A stretch of DNA of 64,000 bases. Origin: an uncultured Verrucomicrobiota bacterium. Its GTDB lineage: Bacteria > Verrucomicrobiota > Verrucomicrobiia > Limisphaerales > VHCN01. The translations under genes and the position numbers were made by a program. Below the pieces are notes generated by a model. It was not told the DNA's origin. It worked only from the letters and a program-made list of their open reading frames with translations, and made no database searches. The number at the start of each line of letters is the position of its first letter. The first letter of the stretch is position 1. Shown piece by piece: positions 1 through 9,095 of this stretch. Where the stretch lies: NCBI GenBank assembly GCA_964589935.1, contig CAZPVD010000009.1, positions 88,969 through 152,968 on the forward strand, read 5' to 3'.

Positions 1-118
1 CGCACACTCTACCCCGACATGGCCGAGGAAATCCTCAGCCTCACCGGCGAGGGACACTCCGAACCGCAGCCTTCCGTCCAAGTGGATGGCACTGCCGGGA
101 AATAATTCCAGCCGGCGC

Positions 119-1729
119 TCACTGCTGTTTCTTTTTTGCCGGCAATGGCTCGTGCGCCTGCTTGCCGGCTTTCCAGATGTCCGGCTCGACGGTGTTCTTC
201 TGCGGCACGCCGGGCGTGCTGCGTCCCTCGGCAACATATTTTTCCAGCAGCTTCGTCAAGCGCTCGACGACTTCGGGATTTTTGTCCTGCACGTTGTTTT
301 TCTCACCGATGTCGTAGCGTAAATCGTAAAGCTGCACGAGAGGCAGCCTGCTCGTGTCTGCCACACCGGGACGCGGCGCGCTCCAGCCGCCGGAGCCCGG
401 GCAGAGTTCAAATTTCCACGTGCCTTGCCGGATTGAGAACGAGCCGTTGATCGAATGATGCACGACGGCTTCGCGCAGCGGCTTGGTGTCCTTGCCGAGC
501 AGCGCGGGTAGGATGCTCACGCTGTCTTCGCCCGCGTTGTCGGGCAGTTTCACGCCGAGGATGTCCGCAACCGTCGCCATGAGGTCGGTGAGGCAGATGA
601 GCTGGTCGCTGCGCGAGTGCGGCGCAACGTGCCCCGGCCAGCGCGCGATGAACGGAATGCGATGTCCGCCGTCGAAAATGTCCGCCTTGTGCCCGCGAAA
701 GGCGTGGCTCGGATTGTGTCCCTTCGCCAGCAGCGCCGGGAAGTCGGCGTTGGGCGAGCAGCCGTTGTCGCTGGTGAAGATGAGCAGGGTGTTCTCAGAA
801 AGGCCCGAGTTGTCGAGCGCCGCCATCACTTCGCCGAGCGTCGCGTCCACTTGCATCACGAAGTCAGCGTAAGGGTTGATGCCGCTTTTGCCCTGCCATT
901 CCTTCGTCGGCAGGATCGGCGTGTGCGGCGCGTTGAGCGGCAGATAGAGGAAGAACGGTTTGCCGGCCTTCGCGTCCGCGGCGCGTTGCGAAATGTATTC
1001 GACGGCCTTGCGCGTGAGCGTCGGCAGCACATCCATCGCCTCGAACTCCGGCGCGGCCGGGCCTTCGCGTGTGAAGCCGGTCGGCTTGCCGAGCATCATG
1101 GAAAACTTTTTGTCCACGGTCGGCGCAACGGTGACGCGGTCATTTTCGATGAACGTGTAGGGCACCATGTCGAGCGACGCGCTGATGCCGAAGTAATAAT
1201 CGAAGCCGACGCTCGTCGGGCCATTGGCGATGCGCTGCATATAATCCACGTTCTTCACCTGCGCGGGCGTCTCGATGTTGAGTTCGCTCACGTCTTTGCC
1301 GGGCAACTTCACCCAGTCCATGCCGAGGTGCCATTTGCCGATGGCGCCGGTGTGATAGCCGTGTTGCTTGAGCAGCGATGCGACCGTGAGGCGGCCCGGT
1401 TCGATGAGGCGCGGGCTGAGGCCGCCGAGCACGCCGGACTGCAGGCGCGAGCGCCAGTTGTAACGGCCCGTCATGATGCCGTAGCGCGTCGGCGAACAGA
1501 CGGAGGAACTGGAATGTGCGTCGTGAAAGATCATTCCCTGCGCGGCGAGCCGGTCCATGTTCGGCGTCGCAATTTTTCCGTCGGGATTGAGCGCCTTCAC
1601 GTCGCCGTAGCCGAGGTCGTCGCAGAGGACATAAACAATGTTGGGCTTGGACGCCGCGTGGAGGGCAGGGGAGGCGAAAGCCAGCAATGACGTGGCGACC
1701 AGAAGGGATTTCAAGACGGTGTTTTTCAT
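119..1729 (-). CDS. Arylsulfatase, formylglycine type, secreted
   Basis: Signal peptide MKNTVLKSLLVATSLLAFASPALHAAS. Sulfatase signature CSPTRYGIMTGRY (C-x-P-x-R). ILCDDLGYGD N-terminal metal-binding motif. Start chosen at the internal M (MKNTVL) of the 545-aa ORF. The 5' end overlaps the HK stop by about 10 nt, which suggests co-transcription. Confidence 0.88.
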   Translation of the reverse strand: MKNTVLKSLLVATSLLAFASPALHAASKPNIVYVLCDDLGYGDVKALNPDGKIATPNMDRLAAQGMIFHDAHSSSSVCSPTRYGIMTGRYNWRSRLQSGVLGGLSPRLIEPGRLTVASLLKQHGYHTGAIGKWHLGMDWVKLPGKDVSELNIETPAQVKNVDYMQRIANGPTSVGFDYYFGISASLDMVPYTFIENDRVTVAPTVDKKFSMMLGKPTGFTREGPAAPEFEAMDVLPTLTRKAVEYISQRAADAKAGKPFFLYLPLNAPHTPILPTKEWQGKSGINPYADFVMQVDATLGEVMAALDNSGLSENTLLIFTSDNGCSPNADFPALLAKGHNPSHAFRGHKADIFDGGHRIPFIARWPGHVAPHSRSDQLICLTDLMATVADILGVKLPDNAGEDSVSILPALLGKDTKPLREAVVHHSINGSFSIRQGTWKFELCPGSGGWSAPRPGVADTSRLPLVQLYDLRYDIGEKNNVQDKNPEVVERLTKLLEKYVAEGRSTPGVPQKNTVEPDIWKAGKQAHEPLPAKKKQQ

Positions 1730-1745
1730 GGTGCGAGGCGGCAGC

Positions 1746-3332
1746 CTAGCAACCATGCAGTCGGATGTCCACTTGCAGTCCCGACGGCTGGCGGTTGTGC
1801 GCCGAGACGGTGCCCTGGCACGCCTCGACGCACGTCTTCACGATCGCGAGACCGAGGCCGATGCCGCCCGTGTCGCGGCTGCGCGACGCCTCAAGACGGT
1901 AAAACGGATCGAAGATTTGTCGCAGCGCCTTGTCCGGCACGCCGGGACCGCTGTCCGAAACACTGAAAACAATATCCTCGCCCTCGCGTCGCGCGGTGAT
2001 TGCAATCGGCCCGGCCTTCGTGCCGGCGTAGCGGACGGCATTGCGCACGAGGTTCGCAACGCCGCGCGCGAGCAGCTCCGGGTCGGCCATCGCGCGCAAC
2101 GACGGATCCACTTGCACGTGGACATTTGGCATTTCGTTCGCCTCGCGGTTCACGACGCGTCGCGCGAGCTCGGCGAGTTCGACGGGCCGCAGCCGCGTTT
2201 CCTTGGGCTTGAGGCTGGCCTTTGAAAACGCGAGCAACTCGTGCACGAGCGAGGACATCTCCTGGATTTCCTCGCGCAGTTGCTCGACATGCGCGTGCTG
2301 CGATTCGCCGGCGCGTTCCTCAAGAATGCCGAGCGCCATCTGGATGCGCGCGATGGGCGCGCACAGCTCGTGCGCCACGTCGCCGAGGAAGCGCTTCTGC
2401 CCCTTGACCTGCGCGTCGAGGCGCGCGGCCATCCGGTTGATGGACTGGCCGAGGTCACCCAACTCGTCGCGGCGTGTGTCATCCACCCGGCCGTCGAACT
2501 GCCCGTCCGCAATCTCATGCGCGGCGGATTGCGCGCGGCGGACTGTTCTCGTGATGCCGCGCACAAACGGAAGCCAGAACAGCGCGGACACGAGCGCCGC
2601 ACCACCGCCGAGAATCAGCCACGGCTTCGGATCGAACAGCAGCCCGCCGACTCGAATCGAATCCGACGCGATGAGCAGCGCGACCGGCTGGCGCGAGCCG
2701 GGACCCGCAAGCACCGGCACGCGCAGGCCGATCCAGTAGCGCACGGGGTTCGTGGAGCGCACGACAAACTTCGGATAATGCAAGCGGGGTGGAACGCCTT
2801 GATCCTTGCCCTCGCCTCCGCGCGGCGGGCCAAAATCATCCGGGCCGTCCCGGCGCGGCGGACGGTCTTCATCGAATGGCGGTCCTCCGCCACGACGAGG
2901 CGGCGGACCGTCGCGGAAATCGGGAGAGCCATCAAACTGCGGACGTTTTCGTTCCTCCGGCGGTGGGCCATTGGGTCCAGGCGGCGCGCCGGCGGGGCGC
3001 TTGTTGATTTCTTTTTCCACTTCTTCCGGCAGCGCACAGCGCGTGCCCGCGATCTGCGCGCCATCCGGGCGATACATCAGGAAATCCGCGCCATACCGCG
3101 CGCTGTAGCGCGCGAGCAACCGCTCCCAGTCCTCGGGTGGCGAGGCGCGCAGTTCGGTCACGAGGACTTCGGTGAGCGCCTCGATTCGGTCCTGCGCGGC
3201 GCCGAGCAGGATTGAACTGAAGCCCAGCCGGAACTGCTGCGCGACAAAGACCCAGCCCAGCACGACAAGAAGCAGCAGGTTCAAAAAAAACCAACCGAGT
3301 ATTTTTGCGAAGAGCGGAAAGCGTGGCTTCAT
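1746..3332 (-). CDS. Two-component sensor histidine kinase (CpxA/BaeS-like, HAMP-HisKA-HATPase)
   Basis: Two TM segments flank a periplasmic region containing a 70-aa Pro/Gly/Arg-rich stretch. H-box HELCAPIARIQ. C-terminal G-boxes (GGIGLGLAIVK). 4-nt ATGA overlap with the upstream RR gene. Confidence 0.9.
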   Translation of the reverse strand: MKPRFPLFAKILGWFFLNLLLLVVLGWVFVAQQFRLGFSSILLGAAQDRIEALTEVLVTELRASPPEDWERLLARYSARYGADFLMYRPDGAQIAGTRCALPEEVEKEINKRPAGAPPGPNGPPPEERKRPQFDGSPDFRDGPPPRRGGGPPFDEDRPPRRDGPDDFGPPRGGEGKDQGVPPRLHYPKFVVRSTNPVRYWIGLRVPVLAGPGSRQPVALLIASDSIRVGGLLFDPKPWLILGGGAALVSALFWLPFVRGITRTVRRAQSAAHEIADGQFDGRVDDTRRDELGDLGQSINRMAARLDAQVKGQKRFLGDVAHELCAPIARIQMALGILEERAGESQHAHVEQLREEIQEMSSLVHELLAFSKASLKPKETRLRPVELAELARRVVNREANEMPNVHVQVDPSLRAMADPELLARGVANLVRNAVRYAGTKAGPIAITARREGEDIVFSVSDSGPGVPDKALRQIFDPFYRLEASRSRDTGGIGLGLAIVKTCVEACQGTVSAHNRQPSGLQVDIRLHGC

Positions 3333-4219
3333 GCGTCGTCGGGATTGATGAGCATGTAGCCCGCGCTGCGGAGCGTGCGGATGAAGCGCGGGTTCTTCGG
3401 CTCGTCGCCGAGCTTCTTGCGCAACGCGGAGATGTGAACGTCAATCGAGCGGTCGAACACGTCGTAGTTCCGGTCGCGCACCTCGTCGAGCAACTGCTCG
3501 CGCGTCCGCACGCGACCGCGCGCGCGGGCGAGCGAGAGCAGCAGGTCGAACTCAACCGGCGTGAGGTTCAGCGGCTGGTCACCAAGCACGGCTGTGCGCG
3601 TGTTTGGGTTGACGCGCAGCGGGCCGACGACGGCCTCGGGTTCGCCACCGTCGCTGGGAGAATCTTTTGTCGCCGCGGTGAGCGTCGAGCGGCGCGTGAC
3701 AGCGCGCAGGCGCGCGAGCAGTTCGCGCGTGGAAAAAGTTTTCGGCAGATAATCGTCCGCGCCGATTTCGAGGCCGACGATGCGGTCGGCCTCCTCGCCG
3801 CGGCCGGTGAGCATGAGCACGGGCACGTCGGACTTGTGGCGGATTTGCTTGAGCGCCTCGAAGCCGTCGAGGCCGGGCATCATTACGTCGAGGATGATCG
3901 CGTGCCACGGCTCGGAGGTCGCGCGCGCGACGCCGTCCGCGCCGGTGTGGACCATCTCGACGGCGTAGCCGAGCGGCGTGAGATAATCTCGGATGAGCCG
4001 GCAGAGTTTTTTGTCGTCGTCCACGACGAGGATGCGCGTGGACGCCTGTGGCGTTGCAGCGGCGGACGGAGAGGAAAGTTGTCGTGGCGCGGACATTGGA
4101 TTTTCGTGGGCGATCTTCGCAGAATCGGGCGCGTTTGGGAACACCGGCTTCGCCGCCGCTTCGGGCGCGGGCGGCTTGCGGTTTCTTTTTCCAACCGTGA
4201 AGAGCGAGTGCAGGTTCAT
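3329..4219 (-). CDS. OmpR-family response regulator (REC + winged-helix)
   Basis: ILVVDDD...ILDVMMPGLDG...LTGRGEE...DDYLPKTF receiver motifs. C-terminal trans_reg_C (RFIRTLRSAGYML). Has an about 65-aa low-complexity N-terminal extension. Start set at MNLHSL; the ORF could extend to 4309. Confidence 0.85.
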   Translation of the reverse strand: MNLHSLFTVGKRNRKPPAPEAAAKPVFPNAPDSAKIAHENPMSAPRQLSSPSAAATPQASTRILVVDDDKKLCRLIRDYLTPLGYAVEMVHTGADGVARATSEPWHAIILDVMMPGLDGFEALKQIRHKSDVPVLMLTGRGEEADRIVGLEIGADDYLPKTFSTRELLARLRAVTRRSTLTAATKDSPSDGGEPEAVVGPLRVNPNTRTAVLGDQPLNLTPVEFDLLLSLARARGRVRTREQLLDEVRDRNYDVFDRSIDVHISALRKKLGDEPKNPRFIRTLRSAGYMLINPDDA

Positions 4220-4366
4220 GGGCGGAGCCGTCGGGCGAGTTTTCGCGCACTGGAATTCTTCAGCATGGCCGCAATGTAACGACTCGCGACGGGCGGCAGG
4301 CCAGAACATTTACCTCTGCTTAACAATTTCTTCCGCCCTCGAAATAATCTCTTAACAGGCGCGGCG
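4220..4366. promoter_or_regulatory. Divergent promoter region between the TCS operon and the RR-YHYH operon, with direct repeats CTTAACA (x2, about 33 nt apart)
   Basis: Intergenic sequence ...tctgCTTAACAatttcttccgccctcgaaataatctCTTAACAggcg... seen directly. It may be an OmpR-type direct-repeat binding site. No -35/-10 could be assigned with confidence. Confidence 0.3.
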
Positions 4367-4825
4367 TTGAATGTGGCCATGAAAGCTGAATTCAATTCTT
4401 CAAGCCGCCGCTGGCTGGTGGTGGATGACGAGCTCATAATCGCGGAAATGACGGCCCAGCTTCTGCGCCGTCTGAACCGTTCGGTGGAGGTGGTGCCCTT
4501 CAGCAACCCCGTGGAAGCATTGCGCGCCTTCGAGGCGGATCCCGAGTCGGTCGAGATGGTGCTTACCGACTGCAACATGCCGGAGCTGGACGGCATCAAA
4601 TTGACCCGCCTCATCCGGTCGCGCGGGCTGGGCACGAAGGTCGTTCTCATGAGCGCCGATTTTCCCGACTTGACCACGGATGAAATGCGATGGCTTGGAT
4701 TTTCTGCTGCGCTGGCGAAACCCTTTTCACTCGCCGACATTGAAACAGTTCTCCGGTCGGTGCTTTCTTTGGCGCCTCAACCCGACTTCGTGACGGACGG
4801 ACGTCTTCAACTTCAATCCGCATAA
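4367..4825 (+). CDS. Single-domain response regulator (CheY-like receiver), paralog A
   Basis: RRWLVVDDE...VLTDCNMPELDG...ALAKPF; no output domain. Ends 7 nt upstream of the YHYH gene. Paralogous to 8614..9060. Confidence 0.8.
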   Translation: MNVAMKAEFNSSSRRWLVVDDELIIAEMTAQLLRRLNRSVEVVPFSNPVEALRAFEADPESVEMVLTDCNMPELDGIKLTRLIRSRGLGTKVVLMSADFPDLTTDEMRWLGFSAALAKPFSLADIETVLRSVLSLAPQPDFVTDGRLQLQSA

Positions 4826-4832
4826 ATTTTTC

Positions 4833-6602
4833 ATGCGCCTTGCACCTTTTTTATTTCCGAATCGGCCTGTAGCGCTGGTCGTGCTGTTCGGGATGACGTT
4901 CACCGCCGCGGCGCAGACCACTGACCCGCGCGTCGCTTCGTGGCTCACCACTTACTCCGGCAAATACGCGCGCATCTACGGGACCGACGCCGACAAGACT
5001 TCCGGCGCGGCCGTCACCACATGGAGCAACGGCACGCAGACGCAGTCGTTGCCCGCCTACTGCGGCATCCAGGAGGTTTCGTATTCGACGGACTGGGTTT
5101 ATTTCCGCTCAACGGGACTCGGCAGCCACGTCATGGGGCCGTGGTATCTGAACGCCGGCCGCACGACTATTTTTCCGAACCTGCCGAAAAACACGGCGAC
5201 GTTCTACCGCATCCCGCGAAATCCAACCGTGCCTGTGACAAAGACGCTCACGGGCCTCGGTGCCATCGGCTATTTCGTGGACGGCGTGGCGATGTTCGAC
5301 AGCCGCGATGGTTATGTTTGGACAGGCACCACCGAGTCCGGCATGGGCACCGGCTACTGGAATCGCGATGCTTACGTGAACGAAAGCATCACGTTCGATC
5401 CTGGCTACGCGCATCAGGAGAACACCGGCACGCATCATTATCACGCGAACCCCATCGCGTTGCGCTACCTGCTTGGCGACAACGTCACGTTCAACTCTTC
5501 GACGAAGACTTACTCCGAGAATGCCGCCGCGCCGACGAAGCACTCGCCCGTTCTCGGCTGGGTGCGCGACGGTTATCCAGTCTATGGGCCTTACGGCTAC
5601 GCGAGCGCGATGAACTCCAACAGCGGCGTGCGGCGCATGGTCAGCGGTTACGTTGTGCGCAATGGCCAGAACGGCACGCAAAACCTCACCACCGCCGGGC
5701 GCACGACGATTCCGCAATGGGCCGTGCGCGCTTACAGCGTGTCCGCCAGCCAAAGCGGGCCGAGTGTCTCGACCACGTATCCGCTCGGTCGCTACATGGA
5801 GGACAACGATTACCTCGGCGACCTCGGCAAGACGCAGGGCACGGACTTCGACCTCGACGAATATAACGGCCGCTTTTGCGTGACGCCGGAATTTCCCGGC
5901 GGCACTTACGCTTACTTCGTCGCCATCAACGCCAGCGGCATTCCTGTGTTTCCCTACAACATCGGCCGCGCCTTTTACGGCAACCCCACCGGCGCGATGG
6001 TCGCCTCGCTCACCGAAACAGTGACGACGAATTTTGTTGGCGGTGCAAGCTCGCCCCTCACGGTCAATTCAACCGCAGTCAGCGGCGGCACGGTCACGCT
6101 TGTATGGAGTTCTGTTGAAGGCGGCAGCTACCGCGTTGAATCCGCCTCGGCGCTCACGAACTGGACAACGAAGGTTGCGAGCGTCAGCGCGGCGACCAAC
6201 GCCGTCGCAACGCAATCCGCCACGAGCACGAGCGGCACGAAAGAATTCTACCGCGTCGCCCTTACCGCCGTCGCCAGCTATGACACCGCAGGCAGCGGCG
6301 GTGGCGGTGGCGGCGGCGGCACGAGCGCCGTTGCGCCGGGAGGCAGCGCGAGCCGCGGCACATCAGTCACGGTGACCATCACGCTTCCGACTTCGCCGCC
6401 GCAGCCACCGGCGAATCTCGTGCCGACCAGCGTCACGCTTGCGGGCACGATCACCGGCACCGCCATTTCGCGACCGAGCGCCGGCACGGTGCAGGCCACC
6501 TTTGTGATCCCTTCGAATGCGTCCACTGGCGCGCAAAACGTCGTGGTCGTGTTCAGCCCCGCGCCGACCTACACGCTGACGGGAGGCTTCACGATCAATT
6601 GA
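4833..6602 (+). CDS. Secreted YHYH-motif protein (PF14240-like) with C-terminal FN3/Ig-like domains and a poly-Gly linker
   Basis: Signal peptide. Motif NTGTHHYHANP. FN3-like segment (LTVNSTAVSGGTVTLVWSSVEGGSYRVESASALTNW). GGGGGGGG run. C-terminal beta-rich Ig-like domain. Family assignment is from motif memory, not a search. Confidence 0.7.
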   Translation: MRLAPFLFPNRPVALVVLFGMTFTAAAQTTDPRVASWLTTYSGKYARIYGTDADKTSGAAVTTWSNGTQTQSLPAYCGIQEVSYSTDWVYFRSTGLGSHVMGPWYLNAGRTTIFPNLPKNTATFYRIPRNPTVPVTKTLTGLGAIGYFVDGVAMFDSRDGYVWTGTTESGMGTGYWNRDAYVNESITFDPGYAHQENTGTHHYHANPIALRYLLGDNVTFNSSTKTYSENAAAPTKHSPVLGWVRDGYPVYGPYGYASAMNSNSGVRRMVSGYVVRNGQNGTQNLTTAGRTTIPQWAVRAYSVSASQSGPSVSTTYPLGRYMEDNDYLGDLGKTQGTDFDLDEYNGRFCVTPEFPGGTYAYFVAINASGIPVFPYNIGRAFYGNPTGAMVASLTETVTTNFVGGASSPLTVNSTAVSGGTVTLVWSSVEGGSYRVESASALTNWTTKVASVSAATNAVATQSATSTSGTKEFYRVALTAVASYDTAGSGGGGGGGGTSAVAPGGSASRGTSVTVTITLPTSPPQPPANLVPTSVTLAGTITGTAISRPSAGTVQATFVIPSNASTGAQNVVVVFSPAPTYTLTGGFTIN

Positions 6603-6625
6603 TCCGCCGCCGAAGCCGCGCCCCA

Positions 6626-8536
6626 ATGAAACCAATTTCAAATCACAAGCAACGGTTTGCGCGGGCGCGCGCCGCCGGAGCGCTGTGTGCGGGGCTTTTC
6701 TTCGTCGCGGTCAATACGAGTGTTGCAGTTACGCTGAATGTCCGCGTCGCTGCCCGCTTCAACGACGCGCCACTCGTGCTTGATTCACTCGTTAACACGA
6801 CCGCGGCGGGACAGGCCGTTTCCGTGACGCGGTTGGATTTTCTGTTGTCAAACTTTGCCCTGCATGAAGCCGGCGGCGGTTGGACGGAGCGCACCAACAC
6901 GTTTGCCTATGTCAGCGTGCGCGAGGGGCGGACGACGTTTTCCGTGGAGAATGTTCCAGCGGGAAGTTACGACCGCATCCGTTTTCACGTCGGGCTAGAA
7001 CCCGCGATCAATCACAGCGACCCCGCGAAGTTTCCCGCCGCGCATCCGCTCAACGCCGTCTTGAACGGCCTGCATTGGAATTGGCAGGGTGGCTACGTGT
7101 TTCTCGCGATGGAGGGCCGCTGGCGCCTGCCGGACGGCTCGCTGGGCGGCTACTCTCACCACATCGCGAATGACGCGCGACTGATGACTGTGTCGCTGCC
7201 CGTCGCTCTCTCGCTGCCCCGCGATGCCGCGCTCGATCTGGCCTTGCACGTGGATCGCATCTGGAGCGGCAAGTCCGCGATCAAACTCAGCCCTGAAGCC
7301 GTCTCGACGCATTCACGCGAAGGCGACGTGCTCGCGGCGCAACTGGCTGAGAACATTCAGGCCGCATTCGCCGTCGGCGTTGCCGAGCCGCGCGTCGCGG
7401 GAAAGTCAGACGAGCCATTTGAGTTTCGTCCGCCGCCGCCCCGGTTCGGAAGACCTCCGCCACTTCCGCCACCGTTCGCGCGGGAACGCGAACCGAGCGT
7501 TGCGTTGCCCAAAGGCACGACGCCTTATCGCCTGACGTTCGGGCGGCAGTTTCCAATTCCCGATTTGCCGCGCGACAATCCGCTGACGGAGCAAGGCGTC
7601 GCGCTCGGGCGACAGTTGTTCAACGATCCGATCCTTTCGATCAACGGCAAGCAATCATGCTCGTCGTGCCATCAAGCGGACGCGGCTTTCACCGACAAGG
7701 GTCGCGCCGCGAGCCTCGGTGCCGAGGGACAGGCCGGAACGCGCAACGCGATGCCGCTCTTCAACCTCGCGTGGAACCGCTCGTTTTTCTGGGACGGTCG
7801 CGCACGCACGCTGCGCGAGCAGGTGCTCATGCCGATCCAAAATCCCATCGAGATGCACGAATCGCTGACGAACGTGGTAAGAAAGCTTGAAAACTCAGCG
7901 TCAAAAAACTCCACAAATTATCCCGCGCTCTTTGCGCGCGCGTTCGGCTCGCAAGAGATCGCGGCCGAGCGCATCGCAATGGCGCTGGAGCAATTTCTCG
8001 TCACGCTCGTCAGCGACGATTCCAGGTTCGACCGCGTGATGCAGGGACGCGAGCAGCCGAGCGAGGATGAGCGTCGCGGCTTCGAGCTGTTCAACACCGA
8101 ATTCGATCCGCGGCGAGGCTTGTTTGGCGCGGATTGTTTTCACTGTCACGGCGGACCGTTCTTCACCAACCACCGTTTCGCCAACAACGGCCTCGATGCG
8201 GAGCCGCGCGACACGGGCCGGCTTGAAGTGACCAAGAATGAGCATGACCGTGGGCTGTTCGCCGTGCCGTCATTGCGCAACGTGGCGTTGACCGCGCCCT
8301 ATATGCACGACGGACGCTTCAAGACGCTCGAAGAAGTCGTCGAGCACTACAGCACCGGTGTGCGGCGCAGCGCGACGCTCGACCCGAACCTCGCGAAGCA
8401 TCCCGTGCAGGGTCTCCAGCTTTCCGTGGAGGACAAGCGCGCTCTCATGGCGTTCTTGCGCATGCTCACGGACGAATCGCTGTCGCAACGCAACATGGCG
8501 AAGTCCGATCCTGATTTCCGCTCCAGTGGGCGGTAG
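6626..8536 (+). CDS. Fusion protein: N-terminal domain of unknown function (about 300 aa) + C-terminal di-heme cytochrome c peroxidase (CCP/MauG family)
   Basis: Two CxxCH heme motifs (CSSCHQAD; CFHCHGGPFF). CCP-like FNDPILS, PSLRNVALTAPYMHDG. Pro-rich linker FEFRPPPPRFGRPPPLPPPF. Signal peptide. The 4-nt overlap (ATGA) is with the long ORF-track start at 6599; the annotated start 6626 lies 24 nt downstream of the upstream stop. Confidence 0.8.
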   Translation: MKPISNHKQRFARARAAGALCAGLFFVAVNTSVAVTLNVRVAARFNDAPLVLDSLVNTTAAGQAVSVTRLDFLLSNFALHEAGGGWTERTNTFAYVSVREGRTTFSVENVPAGSYDRIRFHVGLEPAINHSDPAKFPAAHPLNAVLNGLHWNWQGGYVFLAMEGRWRLPDGSLGGYSHHIANDARLMTVSLPVALSLPRDAALDLALHVDRIWSGKSAIKLSPEAVSTHSREGDVLAAQLAENIQAAFAVGVAEPRVAGKSDEPFEFRPPPPRFGRPPPLPPPFAREREPSVALPKGTTPYRLTFGRQFPIPDLPRDNPLTEQGVALGRQLFNDPILSINGKQSCSSCHQADAAFTDKGRAASLGAEGQAGTRNAMPLFNLAWNRSFFWDGRARTLREQVLMPIQNPIEMHESLTNVVRKLENSASKNSTNYPALFARAFGSQEIAAERIAMALEQFLVTLVSDDSRFDRVMQGREQPSEDERRGFELFNTEFDPRRGLFGADCFHCHGGPFFTNHRFANNGLDAEPRDTGRLEVTKNEHDRGLFAVPSLRNVALTAPYMHDGRFKTLEEVVEHYSTGVRRSATLDPNLAKHPVQGLQLSVEDKRALMAFLRMLTDESLSQRNMAKSDPDFRSSGR

Positions 8537-8539
8537 GCG

Positions 8540-8576
8540 GGCTGGTGTGAAAGTTGTGTGTCCACCGGCCCGCCTG
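8540..8576 (+). terminator. Hairpin immediately after the CCP-fusion stop (GCGGGCTGGTG...CCACCGGCCCGC)
   Basis: Imperfect inverted repeat seen in the sequence, followed by an A/T-poor tail. Could be a partial terminator or an mRNA processing site. Confidence 0.3.
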
Positions 8577-8613
8577 AACCTTTGATGACAATGCGCAATC
8601 AACAAAACAAATC

Positions 8614-9060
8614 ATGAGTGCACCGTTTTACACCGAACCCACACGGCGCTGGATGGTCGTGGACGACGAAGAGACTTACCTGCAAATCATGGTGCTGGTT
8701 CTGGAATGTCTTGGCGGCGCCGAAGTCCGCGGGTTCACCTCGCCTCGTGCGGCACTGGAGGCGCTCGCCGAGGCGCCGGGTGAATTTGAACTCATCGTGA
8801 CCGACCGTCGAATGCCGGAGATTGACGGCCTCGAATTCGCGCAGCTCATCCGCGCGTGGGTGCCGGATGCAAAGGTCATTCTCGCCACAGCGGATTGTTC
8901 CGGTCTGTCAGACGAACTAGCGCGGCGGCTCGGCCTTTCTGCGGTCCTGGCAAAACCCTTCAAGCCGGGCGCTCTCGAAACGGCTGTCCGCGCCGCACTC
9001 GCGGAGCGGGCCGGAGACGGTTACGCTGCCCGGAACAGCACTCTGGCTTGCGCGGCATAA
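8614..9060 (+). CDS. Single-domain response regulator (CheY-like receiver), paralog B
   Basis: RRWMVVDDE...IVTDRRMPEIDG...VLAKPF. Alignable over its full length with 4367..4825. Confidence 0.8.
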   Translation: MSAPFYTEPTRRWMVVDDEETYLQIMVLVLECLGGAEVRGFTSPRAALEALAEAPGEFELIVTDRRMPEIDGLEFAQLIRAWVPDAKVILATADCSGLSDELARRLGLSAVLAKPFKPGALETAVRAALAERAGDGYAARNSTLACAA

Positions 9061-9095
9061 CCGGGACAAATGGGCTAACAGCGACCGAAATCACA

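Noticed and set aside
617-1690. 357-aa plus-strand ORF antisense to the sulfatase gene
   Set aside because: Arg/Ala-rich shadow ORF typical of high-GC DNA. No motifs. It fully overlaps a well-supported sulfatase on the other strand.
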